A DNA stretch of 64,000 nt from an uncultured delta proteobacterium (GTDB lineage Bacteria > Myxococcota > Myxococcia > Myxococcales > Anaeromyxobacteraceae): positions 192,001 to 256,000 of the forward strand of contig CAWHDZ010000040.1 of the NCBI GenBank assembly GCA_963828255.1, given 5' to 3'. Positions within the stretch are counted from its first letter, which is position 1. Every line of letters begins with the position of its first letter. This document shows, piece by piece, positions 9,436 through 20,410 of this stretch. The position numbers and the translations under genes are program-made. The notes beneath the pieces were generated by a model. That model searched no databases, was not told the origin of the DNA, and saw nothing but the letters and a program-made list of their open reading frames with translations.

Positions 9436-10707
9436 ATGCTCGTCGCCATCGGAGTCGACAGGAAGAGCGCCGCTGTTTCGTCCCGCGAGAGGCTTGCGGC
9501 CGCCGGCGAGGATCTCGCGGCGCTGGTTCGCTCCTACGGCGCGCTCGACGGGGTGGACGAGGTCTTCGTCCTCTCCACCTGCTACCGCGTCGAGATCTAC
9601 GCCGCCTCGGCCTGTCCCTCCGCGGCGTCGGCGAGCCTGGCCGAGGCGCTCCGGCAGCGCTCCGGCGACCCCGAACTTCCGCTCTTCGACCTCCGCGGCG
9701 CCGAGGCCTTCCGGCATCTCTCCCGCGTCGCCGCCAGCCTGGAGTCGGGCGTCATCGGCGAGCCGCAGGTCCTCGGACAGGTCAAGGAGGCGTTCGGCCA
9801 GTCGACGGACGCGGGAACGGTGGGCAAGGAGCTCTCCACCGTCATCGCCCGGGTCCTGCAGGTCGCCAAGCGTGTCCGCACCGAGACGGCGATCGGCCGC
9901 TCCGGGGTCTCCTGGGGGCACGCCTCCGCCGACCTCGCGGAGAAGGTGCTCGGCCCGCTCGAGGGTCGCCGGGCGGTGGTGGTCGGAGCCGGCGAGATGG
10001 CGCGTCTCTCCGCCCAGCACCTCCACGACCAGGGAATGAAGGTCGTGGTCGTCAACCGCACCCTGGCCAATGCCGAGGCGCTGGCGCGGGAGATCGACGG
10101 CGAGGCCCGCCCGATCGACGCCCTCGGCGATGAGCTCGTCCGGGCCGACGTGGCGGTGGTCGCGGCGCCGGTCTCGCACGAGGCGCTCGAACCCCGCGGC
10201 GCCCCGGTGCTCATGAAGCAGCGGCGCCACCGGCGCTTGCTCCTCATCGACCTGGCGGTTCCTCGTGCGGTTCCCCCGGCACTCGGCGACATGGACGGCA
10301 TCTACGTGTGCGACGTGGACGACCTGGCCCGGATCCAGCGCCAGGCCCAGGAGGCCCGCGCGGGCGCCATCCTCGACGCCGAGGGGATCATCGACTCGGA
10401 GGTCGAGCGCTTCGCCCGCGAGCTGGCCGAGCGCCGGGCCGCCCCCATCATCGCCGCGGTTCGCACCCGCGCCTCCGCCATCGCACGCGAGGAGGTGGAG
10501 CGCACCGTGCGCCGCCTGGGCGGCGACCCCGAGGTCGAGAGGCGGCTCGACGCCCTGGCGGGGGCCATCGTGTCGAAGCTGCTCCACCAGCCCAGCGTCC
10601 GCCTGCGCCTGGCGGGGCAGGACATGGAGGGGGGCGACCAGTTGATGGCGGCGGCCGCCCGGATCTTCGACGTCCAGTCGTCGGCTGGCTCGTCCCCGAT
10701 GGCCTGA
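9436..10707 (+). CDS. hemA: Glutamyl-tRNA reductase
   Basis: [10 protein letters not shown] (catalytic Cys), [26 protein letters not shown] and IDLAVPR motifs; GGAGG RBS. Confidence 0.92.
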   Translation: MLVAIGVDRKSAAVSSRERLAAAGEDLAALVRSYGALDGVDEVFVLSTCYRVEIYAASACPSAASASLAEALRQRSGDPELPLFDLRGAEAFRHLSRVAASLESGVIGEPQVLGQVKEAFGQSTDAGTVGKELSTVIARVLQVAKRVRTETAIGRSGVSWGHASADLAEKVLGPLEGRRAVVVGAGEMARLSAQHLHDQGMKVVVVNRTLANAEALAREIDGEARPIDALGDELVRADVAVVAAPVSHEALEPRGAPVLMKQRRHRRLLLIDLAVPRAVPPALGDMDGIYVCDVDDLARIQRQAQEARAGAILDAEGIIDSEVERFARELAERRAAPIIAAVRTRASAIAREEVERTVRRLGGDPEVERRLDALAGAIVSKLLHQPSVRLRLAGQDMEGGDQLMAAAARIFDVQSSAGSSPMA

Positions 10708-10866
10708 CGATGCCCCGTGCCTTTTCGGCAAAGGTTGCGCGGGCGATCCCATGGGGCGCAGATCCCGCGACCGGAGCCCGGCGACACTGTGCGAACGCGG
10801 GACGGACTGCCCCGAATTCTGGGTGGATTCACCCAGTCGTCTCAGATCTGGGGGAGCTGGGTGAAA

Positions 10867-10882
10867 TGGCGCGGTCCTTGCG
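10867..10882 (+). promoter_or_regulatory. sigma54 promoter of the heme-sensor kinase/EBP operon
   Basis: TGGCGCGGTCCTTGCG: GG-N10-GC. Confidence 0.68.
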
Positions 10883-10910
10883 ACCCGCCTGGGGTTGACC
10901 GGATAAAGCC

Positions 10911-12422
10911 TTGGCCATCGAAACGCTCAGAGGAGTCTGGAGTCGTCTGGACCGCAGCGTCCGCGCCCGGATCATCCTGCCCACGGCGGTGCTCTTCGCA
11001 GCCGTGCTGGGGACGATGGTCTACGTCGCCGTGAACGCGTACGGCTCCGACATCGAGAAGGTCCAGCGGGAGCGAGCCGAGATCTTCGCGGCCAACGTCG
11101 CATCCGGGGTCACCCAGACCATGATGGAAGGGCAGCCGAACCAGGTGCCCGACCTGCTCGAGCTGGCGCGCAGCCACCGGGCCGACCTCGACTCCATCAG
11201 CCTCCTGCGCCCGGACGGGCAGGTGGCCTACTCCACCGACCGCCGCCTCATCGGCAGCCTTCCCTGGGCTGGGATGGAATCGTTCTCCCAGCCGAGGGTC
11301 GTCTCGGAGCCCGGGGGCCTGAAGTCCCAATATGCCGTGGTGCGCCCCATCGCCAACGTCGAGAAGTGCGCCTCCTGCCACGGCCGTGAGTCCCGCATCA
11401 ACGGCTGGGTCGATCTCCGCTTCACCCGCACTCCCGTGCTCGCAGCGCGGGGGGAGCTGGCCCGGACGCTGGGCGCCACCACCGGGGTCGCCCTGCTCCT
11501 GCTGCTCGCCATCGCCTGGTGGCTCGTGGGGCGCGAGGCGGTCGCGCCGATCCAGCGGCTGGTCGCCGCCATGTCCCGCGCCGAGGCGGGCGACCTCACG
11601 GTCCGCGCCGACGAGGGGCGCGCCGACGAGCTGGGAACGGCCGCCCGCGGCTTCGACGCCACGCTGGCCGCCCTCCGGCGCAGCCAGGCCGAGCTCGAGG
11701 CCTTCTACCGGGAGCGCATGGTCCGGGCCGACCGGTTCGCGACGGTGGGCGAGATGGCCACCGGCCTCGCCCACGAGATCAAGAACCCGCTGGCCGGGCT
11801 GTCCGGTGCGCTCGAGCTGCTGGCCGAGGACCTGAGCGGGAACCCGCGGCAGGCCGACGTGGTCGGCGAGATGCGCCATCAGGTTTCCCGGCTCACCCAC
11901 ACCATGGAGAGCCTCCTGTCGTTCGCCCGGCCGCCCAAGGCGCACCTGCGGGACACCGATGTCAGCGCCGTGCTGGAGAACGTCCTCTTCCTGGTGCGGC
12001 AGCAGCGGCGGCTGGCCGCGGTTCACGTCGAGTCCGACCTGGGCCAGGTCCCGCACGTGCTCGCCGACCCCAACCAGCTCGAGCAGGTCTTCCTCAACAT
12101 CTGCCTGAACGCCTGCCAGGCCATGGGCGCGGCCGGGGGCCGGCTCACCGTCCGGTCCCGGCTCGTCGAGGGCCGGGTCGCCGTGGACGTCGAGGACACC
12201 GGGCCGGGCATCCCGGAGCACGTCCGCCCCAACCTCTTCAAGCCCTTCTTCACCACGAAGCGCGAGGGCAACGGGCTCGGCCTGGCCATCTCGGCGCGCA
12301 TCGTCGCCGAGCACGGCGGGAACATCGGCTACCGCTGCCCGACCGGAGGGGGAACCGTCTTCACGATCGCCCTCCAGCCGGTGAAGTCGGCGCCGGAGCG
12401 ATCCCTGGAGATGTCCGCGTGA
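10911..12422 (+). CDS. NtrB-type sensor histidine kinase with periplasmic CxxCH and HAMP
   Basis: LAHEIKNPL H-box, NICLNA, DTGPGI, FKPFFTTK and GLGLAI boxes; CASCH at 11367-11381 before TM2. Confidence 0.92.
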   Translation: MAIETLRGVWSRLDRSVRARIILPTAVLFAAVLGTMVYVAVNAYGSDIEKVQRERAEIFAANVASGVTQTMMEGQPNQVPDLLELARSHRADLDSISLLRPDGQVAYSTDRRLIGSLPWAGMESFSQPRVVSEPGGLKSQYAVVRPIANVEKCASCHGRESRINGWVDLRFTRTPVLAARGELARTLGATTGVALLLLLAIAWWLVGREAVAPIQRLVAAMSRAEAGDLTVRADEGRADELGTAARGFDATLAALRRSQAELEAFYRERMVRADRFATVGEMATGLAHEIKNPLAGLSGALELLAEDLSGNPRQADVVGEMRHQVSRLTHTMESLLSFARPPKAHLRDTDVSAVLENVLFLVRQQRRLAAVHVESDLGQVPHVLADPNQLEQVFLNICLNACQAMGAAGGRLTVRSRLVEGRVAVDVEDTGPGIPEHVRPNLFKPFFTTKREGNGLGLAISARIVAEHGGNIGYRCPTGGGTVFTIALQPVKSAPERSLEMSA

Positions 12423-13807
12423 CGAACTCGCCCGCCCGCATCCTGGTCGTGGACGACGAGAAGCTCATCCGCTGGTCGGTGGGGGAGCGGCTCCAGCGCG
12501 GCGGCTACGAGGTGCTCTCGGCCGAGTCGGGCGAGGAGGCCCTGGAGGTCATGGCCGCCCAGACGCCCGATCTCGTGCTTCTCGACGTCCGGCTTCCCGG
12601 GATCGACGGCCTGGTCACCCTGCAGCGGGCGCTGGGCCAGTACCCCGAGCTGGCAGTGCTCATGATGTCCGCGCACAGCACGGTGGACATCGCCGTCGAG
12701 GCCATGAAGCACGGAGCCATCGACTTCCTGGTGAAGCCCTTTCCCTTCCAGGCCCTCGACGCCGCCGTGGAACGGGCCCTCACCACGGCCCGGACCCGCC
12801 GGCAGATCCAGGCGCTCACCGAGGAGCGGCGGGGCGGGGGGGAGGCGCTGGCCGGGCTGGTGGGGCAATCGGCCGCCATGGAGCAGGTGCGCAGCATGGT
12901 CTCGCGCCTCTCCGGGAGCGACTCCACCACCATCCTCGTCGAGGGGGAGAGCGGCGCGGGCAAGGAGGTGGTGGCCCGGGCCGTCCACTTCTCCAGCGGC
13001 CGCGCCGAGCGCCCCTTCCTCCAGGTGAACTGCGCGGCGCTGCCCGAGCACCTCCTGGAGAGCGAGCTCTTCGGCCACGAGCGCGGCTCCTTCACCGACG
13101 CCCACACCCAGAAGCGCGGGCTCTTCGAGAGCGCCGAGGGCGGCACGGTGATGCTCGACGAGATCGGCGACCTGCACCCCGGCGGCCAGGCCAAGCTCCT
13201 GCGCCTCCTCGAGAACAAGACCTTCCGGCGGGTGGGCGGCGTCACCGAGCTGCGGGCCGACGTCCGGGTCCTCGCCGCCACCAACGTGAACCTGGAGGAG
13301 CGGGTCGCCGAGGGGCGGTTCCGGGCCGACCTCTTCTTCCGCCTGAACGTCGTGCGGATCGTCATGCCGCCCCTGCGGGAGCACCCCGAGGACGTGCCCA
13401 CGCTCTGCGCCTACTTCATCGCCCGGTTCAACCACGAGATGAAGCGGCAGCTGAAGGGCGTGAACGCCGGGGCGATGCAGATGCTCCAGGCCTACCGCTG
13501 GCCGGGCAACGTCCGGGAGCTGCGAAACGTCATCGAGCGCGCCTTCATCCTGCACGCCGGGGCCGAGGAGCTCCGCCCCGAGCACCTCTCCCCGGAGCTG
13601 CGCGGCGCCGCCATCGCCGCGGCCGCGCGGCGCCCCGAGAAGCCGGTGGCGGTCCCCCAGGACGGGCTGGTCCTCGAGGACGCGGAGCGCAAGCTCATCC
13701 AGGAGGCGCTCGAGCGGTCCAGCGGCAACCAGTCCCGGGCGGCGCGGCTCCTCGGCATCAGCCGCGACACGCTCCGCTACCGGCTCAAGAAGCACAACAT
13801 GGGGTGA
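12419..13807 (+). CDS. sigma54-dependent response regulator (NtrC-family enhancer-binding protein)
   Basis: REC, GESGAGKE Walker A, ESELFGHERGSFTDA, WPGNVRELRN and Fis HTH; GTGA overlap with the kinase stop. Confidence 0.93.
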   Translation: MTNSPARILVVDDEKLIRWSVGERLQRGGYEVLSAESGEEALEVMAAQTPDLVLLDVRLPGIDGLVTLQRALGQYPELAVLMMSAHSTVDIAVEAMKHGAIDFLVKPFPFQALDAAVERALTTARTRRQIQALTEERRGGGEALAGLVGQSAAMEQVRSMVSRLSGSDSTTILVEGESGAGKEVVARAVHFSSGRAERPFLQVNCAALPEHLLESELFGHERGSFTDAHTQKRGLFESAEGGTVMLDEIGDLHPGGQAKLLRLLENKTFRRVGGVTELRADVRVLAATNVNLEERVAEGRFRADLFFRLNVVRIVMPPLREHPEDVPTLCAYFIARFNHEMKRQLKGVNAGAMQMLQAYRWPGNVRELRNVIERAFILHAGAEELRPEHLSPELRGAAIAAAARRPEKPVAVPQDGLVLEDAERKLIQEALERSSGNQSRAARLLGISRDTLRYRLKKHNMG

Positions 13808-13817
13808 GCGAAGGGCT

Positions 13818-14648
13818 CTAGCCGGCCGCCAGCGGCTCCAGCGCGGTCCGCAGCTTCCGGCGGGCCCGCATCTCGAGCTGGCGGGCCCGCTCGCGCGAGA
13901 AGCCGAGGCGGGTACCCAGGTCCTGGAGCGAGGCCGGGTCATCGGCCATGAACCGCTGCTCGATGATGGTGCGTTCGCGGTCGTCGAGGCACGCGAGGGC
14001 GTCGGTCACGCCGCGGCGGACGCGGTCCGACTCGCGTGCGCAGGAGAGCCGCTCGTCCTGGAGGTCGTCGCCCGAGGCGATGCGGTCCACCGGGGAGGAA
14101 TCGCCACCCGGGGAGGGGGCGTCGAGTGACTGGTCCCGCTGCTCCATGCGGCGGGCGGCCTCGCGGACGTCGTCGGTGCTGACCCGGAGGCGCCTGGCCA
14201 CGCGGTCGTCGAGGTCGTCGTCGGCTCCGGCTCCGGCGCGGGAGAGTTCCCTGCGCGTGCGCCCGAGCGCGAAGAAGAGGCGCCGCTGGGCCTGGGTGGT
14301 GCCGAGCTTCACGACCGACCAGGACTGGATGACGTGGGCCTGGATGTAGGCCCGGATCCACCAGGACGCGTAGGAGACCAGGCGGATGCCCATGTCGGGG
14401 TCGAACTTCTGCACCGCCTTCATGAGCCCGAGGTTCCCTTCCTGGATGAGGTCGGGGAGCCGGAGCCCGTACCCGCGGTACCCGGAGGCGACCTTCACCA
14501 CGAAGCGCAGGTTGGCGGTCACGAGCGTGTGGGCGGCCCGCTTGTCCCCGGTCTCCCGGAAGGCGCGTGCGAGCGCCAGTTCCTCGTCCGCGGTGAGGAG
14601 CGGATGCCGACCCACTTCGGTGAGGTACGCAGCCAGGGACTCGTGCAT
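13818..14648 (-). CDS. RpoH/sigma-32-like alternative sigma factor
   Basis: LVTANLRFVVKVA, DLIQEGNLGLMKAV, WSVVKLGTTQAQRRLFF (RpoH-box-like), SRERARQLE; start chosen at ATG 14648. Confidence 0.88.
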   Translation of the reverse strand: MHESLAAYLTEVGRHPLLTADEELALARAFRETGDKRAAHTLVTANLRFVVKVASGYRGYGLRLPDLIQEGNLGLMKAVQKFDPDMGIRLVSYASWWIRAYIQAHVIQSWSVVKLGTTQAQRRLFFALGRTRRELSRAGAGADDDLDDRVARRLRVSTDDVREAARRMEQRDQSLDAPSPGGDSSPVDRIASGDDLQDERLSCARESDRVRRGVTDALACLDDRERTIIEQRFMADDPASLQDLGTRLGFSRERARQLEMRARRKLRTALEPLAAG

Positions 14649-14660
14649 GAAGTACCCAGG

Positions 14661-14676
14661 AGCACGAGGGATGCCA
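14661..14676 (-). promoter_or_regulatory. Possible sigma54 promoter of the RpoH-like gene
   Basis: Minus strand TGGCATCCCTCGTGCT, GG-N10-GC, ending about 13 nt before the ATG. Confidence 0.5.
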
Positions 14677-14913
14677 GAAGGCTGGACCCCCAATTGCCTC
14701 GAATGTACGGCCACATGCCGAGAACGAGGGACATGGCTAGGGTACCGGTCATTACCTTTTTACCGATCCCGAGAAGCGAAACTCCCCTGATGGGTCATCT
14801 CGCCCACCAATTTGCCCCCATCCGACGGCGGTCTGGGTTCTGACCCATCTGGGTCGAGGCAGCCCCTTGCGAAGTTCTTCCCGGCGAAGCATCGTGAATG
14901 AAATGCATCGGCC

Positions 14914-15597
14914 ATGAGCGAACTCCGCCCGACCCCTCCATCGGCCGAGCCCAGCGCCGAACCAGAAGAGAAGGCGAGCCAGCTCGCCTTCGTGGCGCAC
15001 GAGATCCGCAACCCGCTCTCCACGGCGCTCTGGAGCGCGGAGTTGCTCGCCCGGATGACGCCCGAGGAGCGCGGGGGACCGCGCGGGGAGAAGCTTTCCC
15101 GCATGTCGCTCCGCGCCCTGACCCGGCTGCGGCGGCTCGTCGAGGACCACCTCCTCACTGCACGTCTCGACGTGGGCGGAATCCCGCTCGAGGTCGAGGA
15201 GATCCCGGCCCGCGAGATGTTCCCGGGGGCCACCGCCGTCGGGGCGGGCTCGCTCGAGCTGGAGCTGGAGTCGGGACTCTCCGTGGTGGCCGACCCCTCG
15301 CTCGCCCGCAGGGTCGTGGAGGGGGTGCTGCTCGCGGCGGCCCGTGGGGGCGCAGAGGTTCGCGTCACCGGCTCCCGCAAGGGAAGGGTGGCCCGCTTCC
15401 GCGTGGAGGGGGCTGCGGCCACCGAGGAACACCTCGCCGACCCCAGGAGAGGCGATCCGGGCGATACCCGCGGCGCGGCGCTGGCGATGCCCGTCGCGCG
15501 CCGGGCCTGCCTGCTGCTCGGCGGGGCCATCCGCGCCGAGGACGGGGTCTGGGTGCTGGAGTTGCCGGCCCCGGAGACCCCCCGTCGGCAGAGCTAG
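14914..15597 (+). CDS. Sensorless HisKA protein with degenerate ATPase domain
   Basis: VAHEIRNPLS H-box present; N, G1 and G2 boxes degenerate. Confidence 0.72.
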   Translation: MSELRPTPPSAEPSAEPEEKASQLAFVAHEIRNPLSTALWSAELLARMTPEERGGPRGEKLSRMSLRALTRLRRLVEDHLLTARLDVGGIPLEVEEIPAREMFPGATAVGAGSLELELESGLSVVADPSLARRVVEGVLLAAARGGAEVRVTGSRKGRVARFRVEGAAATEEHLADPRRGDPGDTRGAALAMPVARRACLLLGGAIRAEDGVWVLELPAPETPRRQS

Positions 15598-15603
15598 AGC
15601 TGC

Positions 15604-15632
15604 TTGACAGGGCCCGGGCCCTCCGCTACAAG
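15604..15632 (+). promoter_or_regulatory. sigma70-type promoter of rplC
   Basis: TTGACA-N17-TACAAG. Confidence 0.6.
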
Positions 15633-15706
15633 TCCGCGCTCTCCAACCGTTTTCTGCAAGTCCTCCCCGGCCGGTCGTCGCGGGTCGGACCAATGCGAGG
15701 TCGAAC

Positions 15707-16417
15707 ATGGCTACTGGTCTCCTGGGTCGCAAGGTCGGCATGACCCACATCTTCACCGCCGACGGCGACAGCATCCCCGTCACCGTTCTCCAGATGGGCC
15801 CCTGCACCGTCATCCGCCGCAAGACCGCGGAGAAGGACGGCTACGACGCAGTCGTGCTGGGCTTCGTCGAGGTCGAGGAGAAGAAGGAGAAGCGGCTCAC
15901 CAAGGCGGAGGTGGGCGTCTTCAAGAAGGCCGGAACCGCGGTCTTCCGCCACCTCAAGGAAGTCCGCCCCCGCGACGCCAAGCTCCTCGGCGAGCTCAAG
16001 ACGGGCGACGTCCTCACGGTGGACCAGGTCTTCAAGCTCGACCAGCGGGTGGACGTCACCGGCGTGTCGAAGGGTCGCGGGTTCGCCGGCGTCTTCAAGC
16101 GCTGGGGGATGAAGGGCGCGGCCCGTGACTCCTCCACGGCCCACGAGCACCACAGGCACCCGGGCGCCATCGGGCAGCGCAAGACGCCCGGCAAGGTCTG
16201 GAAGGGCAAGCACCTGCCCGGCCACTACGGCGTGGACAACATCACCACCCAGAACCTGATCGTCGCCGGCATCGAGGCCGAGGGGAATCTCCTTCTCGTG
16301 AAGGGCGCCGTCCCCGGCCACGCCGACGGCCTGGTCTTCGTGGACACGGCATCCAAGGGGCAGCCCAGGGTCAAGAAGAAGCAGGAAGTCCGCGAGCGCG
16401 CCAAGCCGAAGGTGTGA
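15707..16417 (+). CDS. rplC: 50S ribosomal protein L3
   Basis: GLLGRKVGMT, DGYDAVVLG, DVTGVSKGRGFAG, HRHPGAIG and LLLVKGAVPG motifs. Confidence 0.97.
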   Translation: MATGLLGRKVGMTHIFTADGDSIPVTVLQMGPCTVIRRKTAEKDGYDAVVLGFVEVEEKKEKRLTKAEVGVFKKAGTAVFRHLKEVRPRDAKLLGELKTGDVLTVDQVFKLDQRVDVTGVSKGRGFAGVFKRWGMKGAARDSSTAHEHHRHPGAIGQRKTPGKVWKGKHLPGHYGVDNITTQNLIVAGIEAEGNLLLVKGAVPGHADGLVFVDTASKGQPRVKKKQEVRERAKPKV

Positions 16418-16487
16418 CAGCGGCGGCTTCAGCCGCCGCAGGAGCCACTCACGGAACGGTTCCGAGGAACCGGACCCCGGAAAGCGA

Positions 16488-16520
16488 AAGGGCTGGCGAG
16501 CGATCGCCAGCCCTTCTTTG
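16488..16520. terminator. Hairpin between convergent rplC and typA, likely bidirectional terminator
   Basis: aagggctggcga-gcga-tcgccagccctt followed by ctttg. Confidence 0.7.
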
Positions 16521-16547
16521 CATCTCGTTCCCGGTGTTCGGGACGAT

Positions 16548-18422
<1,875 letters not shown>

Positions 18423-18510
18423 GGGAGGGGGAGGAGGCGGGCGGGTTCATATACGCGCTGCGTCGAACCGGCAAGGGGAAAGCACCCCTGGACCACAACC
18501 GGAGGTCGGG

Positions 18511-18900
18511 ATGGAGCAGGTGCAGGGGTTGAACCACGTCGCGCTCCGCTGCTCGGACCTGGGGCGCCTCGAGGCGTTCTACAGGGACGTGCTGGGGCTC
18601 GCGGTGCTCCGGCGCTGGCCGGCGGAGGGGGGGCTCGACCGCAGCGTCTGGCTCTCCACGGGGCAGGGCTTCCTGGCGCTGGAGCGCGCATCCAGGCCGG
18701 CCGAGGAGGAGCCGTTCGAGGACACCCCGGCGGGGTGGCAGGTCGTCGCGCTCACCATCGGGAAGGCCGACCGGGGTGCGTGGGAGGGGAGGCTCCTCGC
18801 GGCCCGGGTGCGCCTGGCCCGCCGCACCCCGTTCTCCCTCTTCTTCCGGGACCCGGAGGGCAACCGGGTGGCCCTGACCCACTGGCCGGAGGAGGCGTGA
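18511..18900 (+). CDS. VOC/glyoxalase-family protein
   Basis: [19 protein letters not shown] and [10 protein letters not shown] motifs; GGAGG RBS. Confidence 0.85.
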   Translation: MEQVQGLNHVALRCSDLGRLEAFYRDVLGLAVLRRWPAEGGLDRSVWLSTGQGFLALERASRPAEEEPFEDTPAGWQVVALTIGKADRGAWEGRLLAARVRLARRTPFSLFFRDPEGNRVALTHWPEEA

Positions 18901-19607
18901 CCTTCGAGCGGCGGCGCTTCGGGAAGGACAACTACCTCTACCTGCTCGCCGAGGGGGGAGACGCGGCGCTGGTGGACCCGGGCGACCCGGAGACGGCGCT
19001 CGATCTGGTCCGGCGGAGCGGAGTTCACCCACGGTGGATCGTTCACACCCACGGGCACGCCGACCACTCCGGGGGGAGCGCCCGCCTGCGGGAGGAGCTG
19101 GGAGCCGAGGTGATCGGTCACGGCGCCGACGCGGGGTGGTTCCGCCCCGACCGCGACCTCGCCGGAGCGGAGTTCCTCGAGATGGGGGCGCTTCGCCTGC
19201 GGATCCATGCGGCCCCCGGGCACACGCCGGGGTCGGTGCTGCTGGAGTGGAGGGGGAGGCTCCTCACCGGGGACACGCTCTTCTGGTCCGGGTGCGGAAA
19301 CTGCCGGCACGGAGGTGACCCGGCCCGGCTCGCAGCCACCTTCCGGACGGTCTTCCCGGGGCTCGACCCGCGCCTCGAGGTCCATCCCGGCCACGACTAC
19401 GCCGAGCCGAACCTCGCCTTCCTGCTCGGCGTCGAGCCGGGCAACCAGGCCGCGGCGGGGCGGCTGTCGGCGGTGCGGGCGGCGCGAGCGGCTGGTGTGG
19501 AGCCGGAGGCGACCGAGCTCGGGGAGGAGACGCTCGTGAACCCCTTCCTGCGTGCCGGCGGCGACGGGCCCTTCGTCGACCTGCGCGGTCGGCGCGATCG
19601 CGCTTGA
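18897..19607 (+). CDS. gloB: Hydroxyacylglutathione hydrolase (glyoxalase II, MBL fold)
   Basis: [48 protein letters not shown]. Confidence 0.8.
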   Translation: MTFERRRFGKDNYLYLLAEGGDAALVDPGDPETALDLVRRSGVHPRWIVHTHGHADHSGGSARLREELGAEVIGHGADAGWFRPDRDLAGAEFLEMGALRLRIHAAPGHTPGSVLLEWRGRLLTGDTLFWSGCGNCRHGGDPARLAATFRTVFPGLDPRLEVHPGHDYAEPNLAFLLGVEPGNQAAAGRLSAVRAARAAGVEPEATELGEETLVNPFLRAGGDGPFVDLRGRRDRA

Positions 19608-19655
19608 TGCGGAGCCTCCACCGGGCCTGCTAGGATCTCCCCGGAGGCCAGGGCG

Positions 19656-20237
19656 GTGCACGGATCCTTCAACGTCCCGAACGTGCTGACGTCGGTGAGG
19701 ATCGTCCTCGCGCCGGCCTTCCTCTGGCTGTACCTCGCGGGGGACGAGGACGGTGCGCTCATCGCCTTCGCGGTGGCCGCCGCCACCGACGCGCTCGACG
19801 GTCTGGCCGCCCGCCTGCTCCGCCAGCAGACCGTGCTGGGCGCCTTCCTCGACGCGGCCGCCGACAAGCTCCTGGTGGCCTGCGCCCTCATCGCACTGTC
19901 GGTGAAGGGGCAGGTGCCCTGGTGGCTGACCGGGGTGGTGGTGGGGCGCGACGTCCTGCTGGCGGCCGGGTCGCTCTTCCTGTCGCTGCGCCACGCGCCG
20001 GTGCCGGTCCGGCCCACGCGCATCGGCAAGTACGCCACCGCGCTGGTGTTCCTGATCGTGGTGGTGGTGCTCGCCTCCAACTACCACGACACCCCGCCGG
20101 CGCGGAGCGCCCCCTGGGTGGTCGCGCTGGGATTCCTGGCGGTCGCGCTGGTGGCCGGCAGCGCCATCCAGTACGCCTCGTCGTTCTCCGCCAGCGTGCG
20201 CCTGGGGCGGCGAGCCCACGACGCCGCCGGACGTTGA
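19656..20237 (+). CDS. CDP-alcohol phosphatidyltransferase (PgsA-like)
   Basis: PNVLTSVR and TDALDGLAAR..G..LDAAADK motifs. Confidence 0.88.
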   Translation: MHGSFNVPNVLTSVRIVLAPAFLWLYLAGDEDGALIAFAVAAATDALDGLAARLLRQQTVLGAFLDAAADKLLVACALIALSVKGQVPWWLTGVVVGRDVLLAAGSLFLSLRHAPVPVRPTRIGKYATALVFLIVVVVLASNYHDTPPARSAPWVVALGFLAVALVAGSAIQYASSFSASVRLGRRAHDAAGR

Positions 20238-20262
20238 CACCCTCGCCCCCAGCGGGTAGAAA
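20234..20262 (+). promoter_or_regulatory. sigma70-type promoter of tRNA-Val
   Basis: TTGACA-N17-TAGAAA. Confidence 0.55.
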
Positions 20263-20284
20263 CGGCCGTCTTCACGAGAGTTCC

Positions 20285-20360
<76 letters not shown>

Positions 20361-20375
20361 ATAGTGGAAAGACTT

Positions 20376-20410
20376 AGGGCGCTTGGGTGGTTTTCCTGGC
20401 GCCCTTTTTC
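20376..20410 (+). terminator. Element-supplied terminator downstream of the tRNA
   Basis: agggcgc...gcgccct stem followed by a T-tract. Confidence 0.6.

Noticed and set aside
14858..14870. sigma54 promoter for the pseudo-kinase (GGCAGCCCCTTGC)
   Set aside because: GG-to-GC spacing is 9 rather than the required 10
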